Positions 47,568-48,142 of a DNA stretch of 48,142 nucleotides are shown here, piece by piece (within the stretch, counting starts at the first letter, position 1; the number at the start of each line of letters is the position of its first letter). The translations under genes and the position numbers were made by a program. The notes under the pieces were generated by a model. The model did not search any database. It saw only the letters and a list, made by a program, of their open reading frames with translations, and was not told where the DNA came from. Source of the stretch: a bacterium (GTDB lineage Bacteria > Zhuqueibacterota > Zhuqueibacteria > Oceanimicrobiales > Oceanimicrobiaceae); contig JBBIIG010000006.1 of NCBI GenBank assembly GCA_037446635.1, positions 74,635-122,776 of the forward strand. The letters are read 5' to 3'.

Positions 47568-48142
47568 ATGTTTCAGACCATCGAAAGCATTTATCGTGAG
47601 TCGTACGAGACCCTGGGCCAGGTGCAGGATTTGGCGTGGAAGGTTCTGCCGTTCGTCGTGCTGATTATGGTAATTGCTTATATGTACAATGCGGTGCGCA
47701 ACGACAAAGTCAACTACTCGGAGCTGTTCTTCAAGCTCGGCGCCGCGGCGGTGGCGCTGGTCTCGTATCGCTGGTGGAGCGTTTGGATTGGCACGCTCAT
47801 CGTCGAGATCGCCAAGCTATTTCAAAACGGGCAGGGGATTTCTGGCTACTACGCCACCGTCCTCGATCTCTACCGGCGGCACGCCGCCGCGGAAGCGCGC
47901 TGGTGGGAAGTGGGCGCACAGATTTACGGATTTTTCTACCACACCCTCATCTGGCTGTCGGTGGCGCTGGTGGCGCTGGCCTCGGTTTTTTTTGAAATGA
48001 TCCAGTTTTGGGCGCAGGCCTTCCTGTGGATTTTGGGACCCATCGCGATCATGCTGGCGCTGTTCCCGAATTTCAAGGGCGCGTTTATCACCTGGCTCAA
48101 TCGCTTTATCGCGGTTTGTTTTTGGTCCGTCATCTACGTGCT
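47568..48142 (+). CDS. VirB6/TraJ-like polytopic T4SS membrane protein (3'-truncated; not in the ORF track)
   Basis: RBS AGGAGG and ATG at 47568; frame open to the window end; contains LWILGPIAIMLALFPNFKGAFITWLNRFIAVCFW, resembling the LGP..W core of VirB6/Bacteroides TraJ. Confidence 0.8.
   Translation, partial: MFQTIESIYRESYETLGQVQDLAWKVLPFVVLIMVIAYMYNAVRNDKVNYSELFFKLGAAAVALVSYRWWSVWIGTLIVEIAKLFQNGQGISGYYATVLDLYRRHAAAEARWWEVGAQIYGFFYHTLIWLSVALVALASVFFEMIQFWAQAFLWILGPIAIMLALFPNFKGAFITWLNRFIAVCFWSVIYV

Overview
A 48 kb chromosomal window from a Gram-negative bacterium with GC-rich genes and AT-rich, repeat-filled intergenic spaces. Gene content and repeat types suggest an FCB-group lineage such as KSB1 or Calditrichota (inference only). 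Left part: DHDPS-family lyase (partial), STAS protein, a phoU-pstSCAB-pstB operon, an NhaC-family transporter, a class II aldolase, a PDZ/GAF/PP2C phosphatase, a large REC-PAS-GAF histidine kinase and a small GIY-YIG nuclease inside 25-bp inverted repeats. Middle: a partial alternative complex III/caa3 oxidase cluster, a degenerate GlgC, pyrimidine nucleoside salvage genes, ssb and several small enzymes. Right end: the start of a VirB2-B3-B4-B5-B6-like type IV secretion operon. Strongest observations: (1) an apparent 19.8 kb inversion between inverted GGTGACC 7-mers that splits one membrane-protein gene into halves at 17.5 kb and 37.4 kb; (2) a GIY-YIG cassette whose terminal repeats also occur as gene-less 71-bp elements; (3) nested mini-repeats with filled and empty sites both visible; (4) a T4SS operon with no visible mobile-element boundary; (5) complementary degenerate PstB ATPases plus a PhoU fused to a catalytically dead ArsC/LMW-PTP domain. 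All family assignments come from motif recognition by eye; no searches were run.
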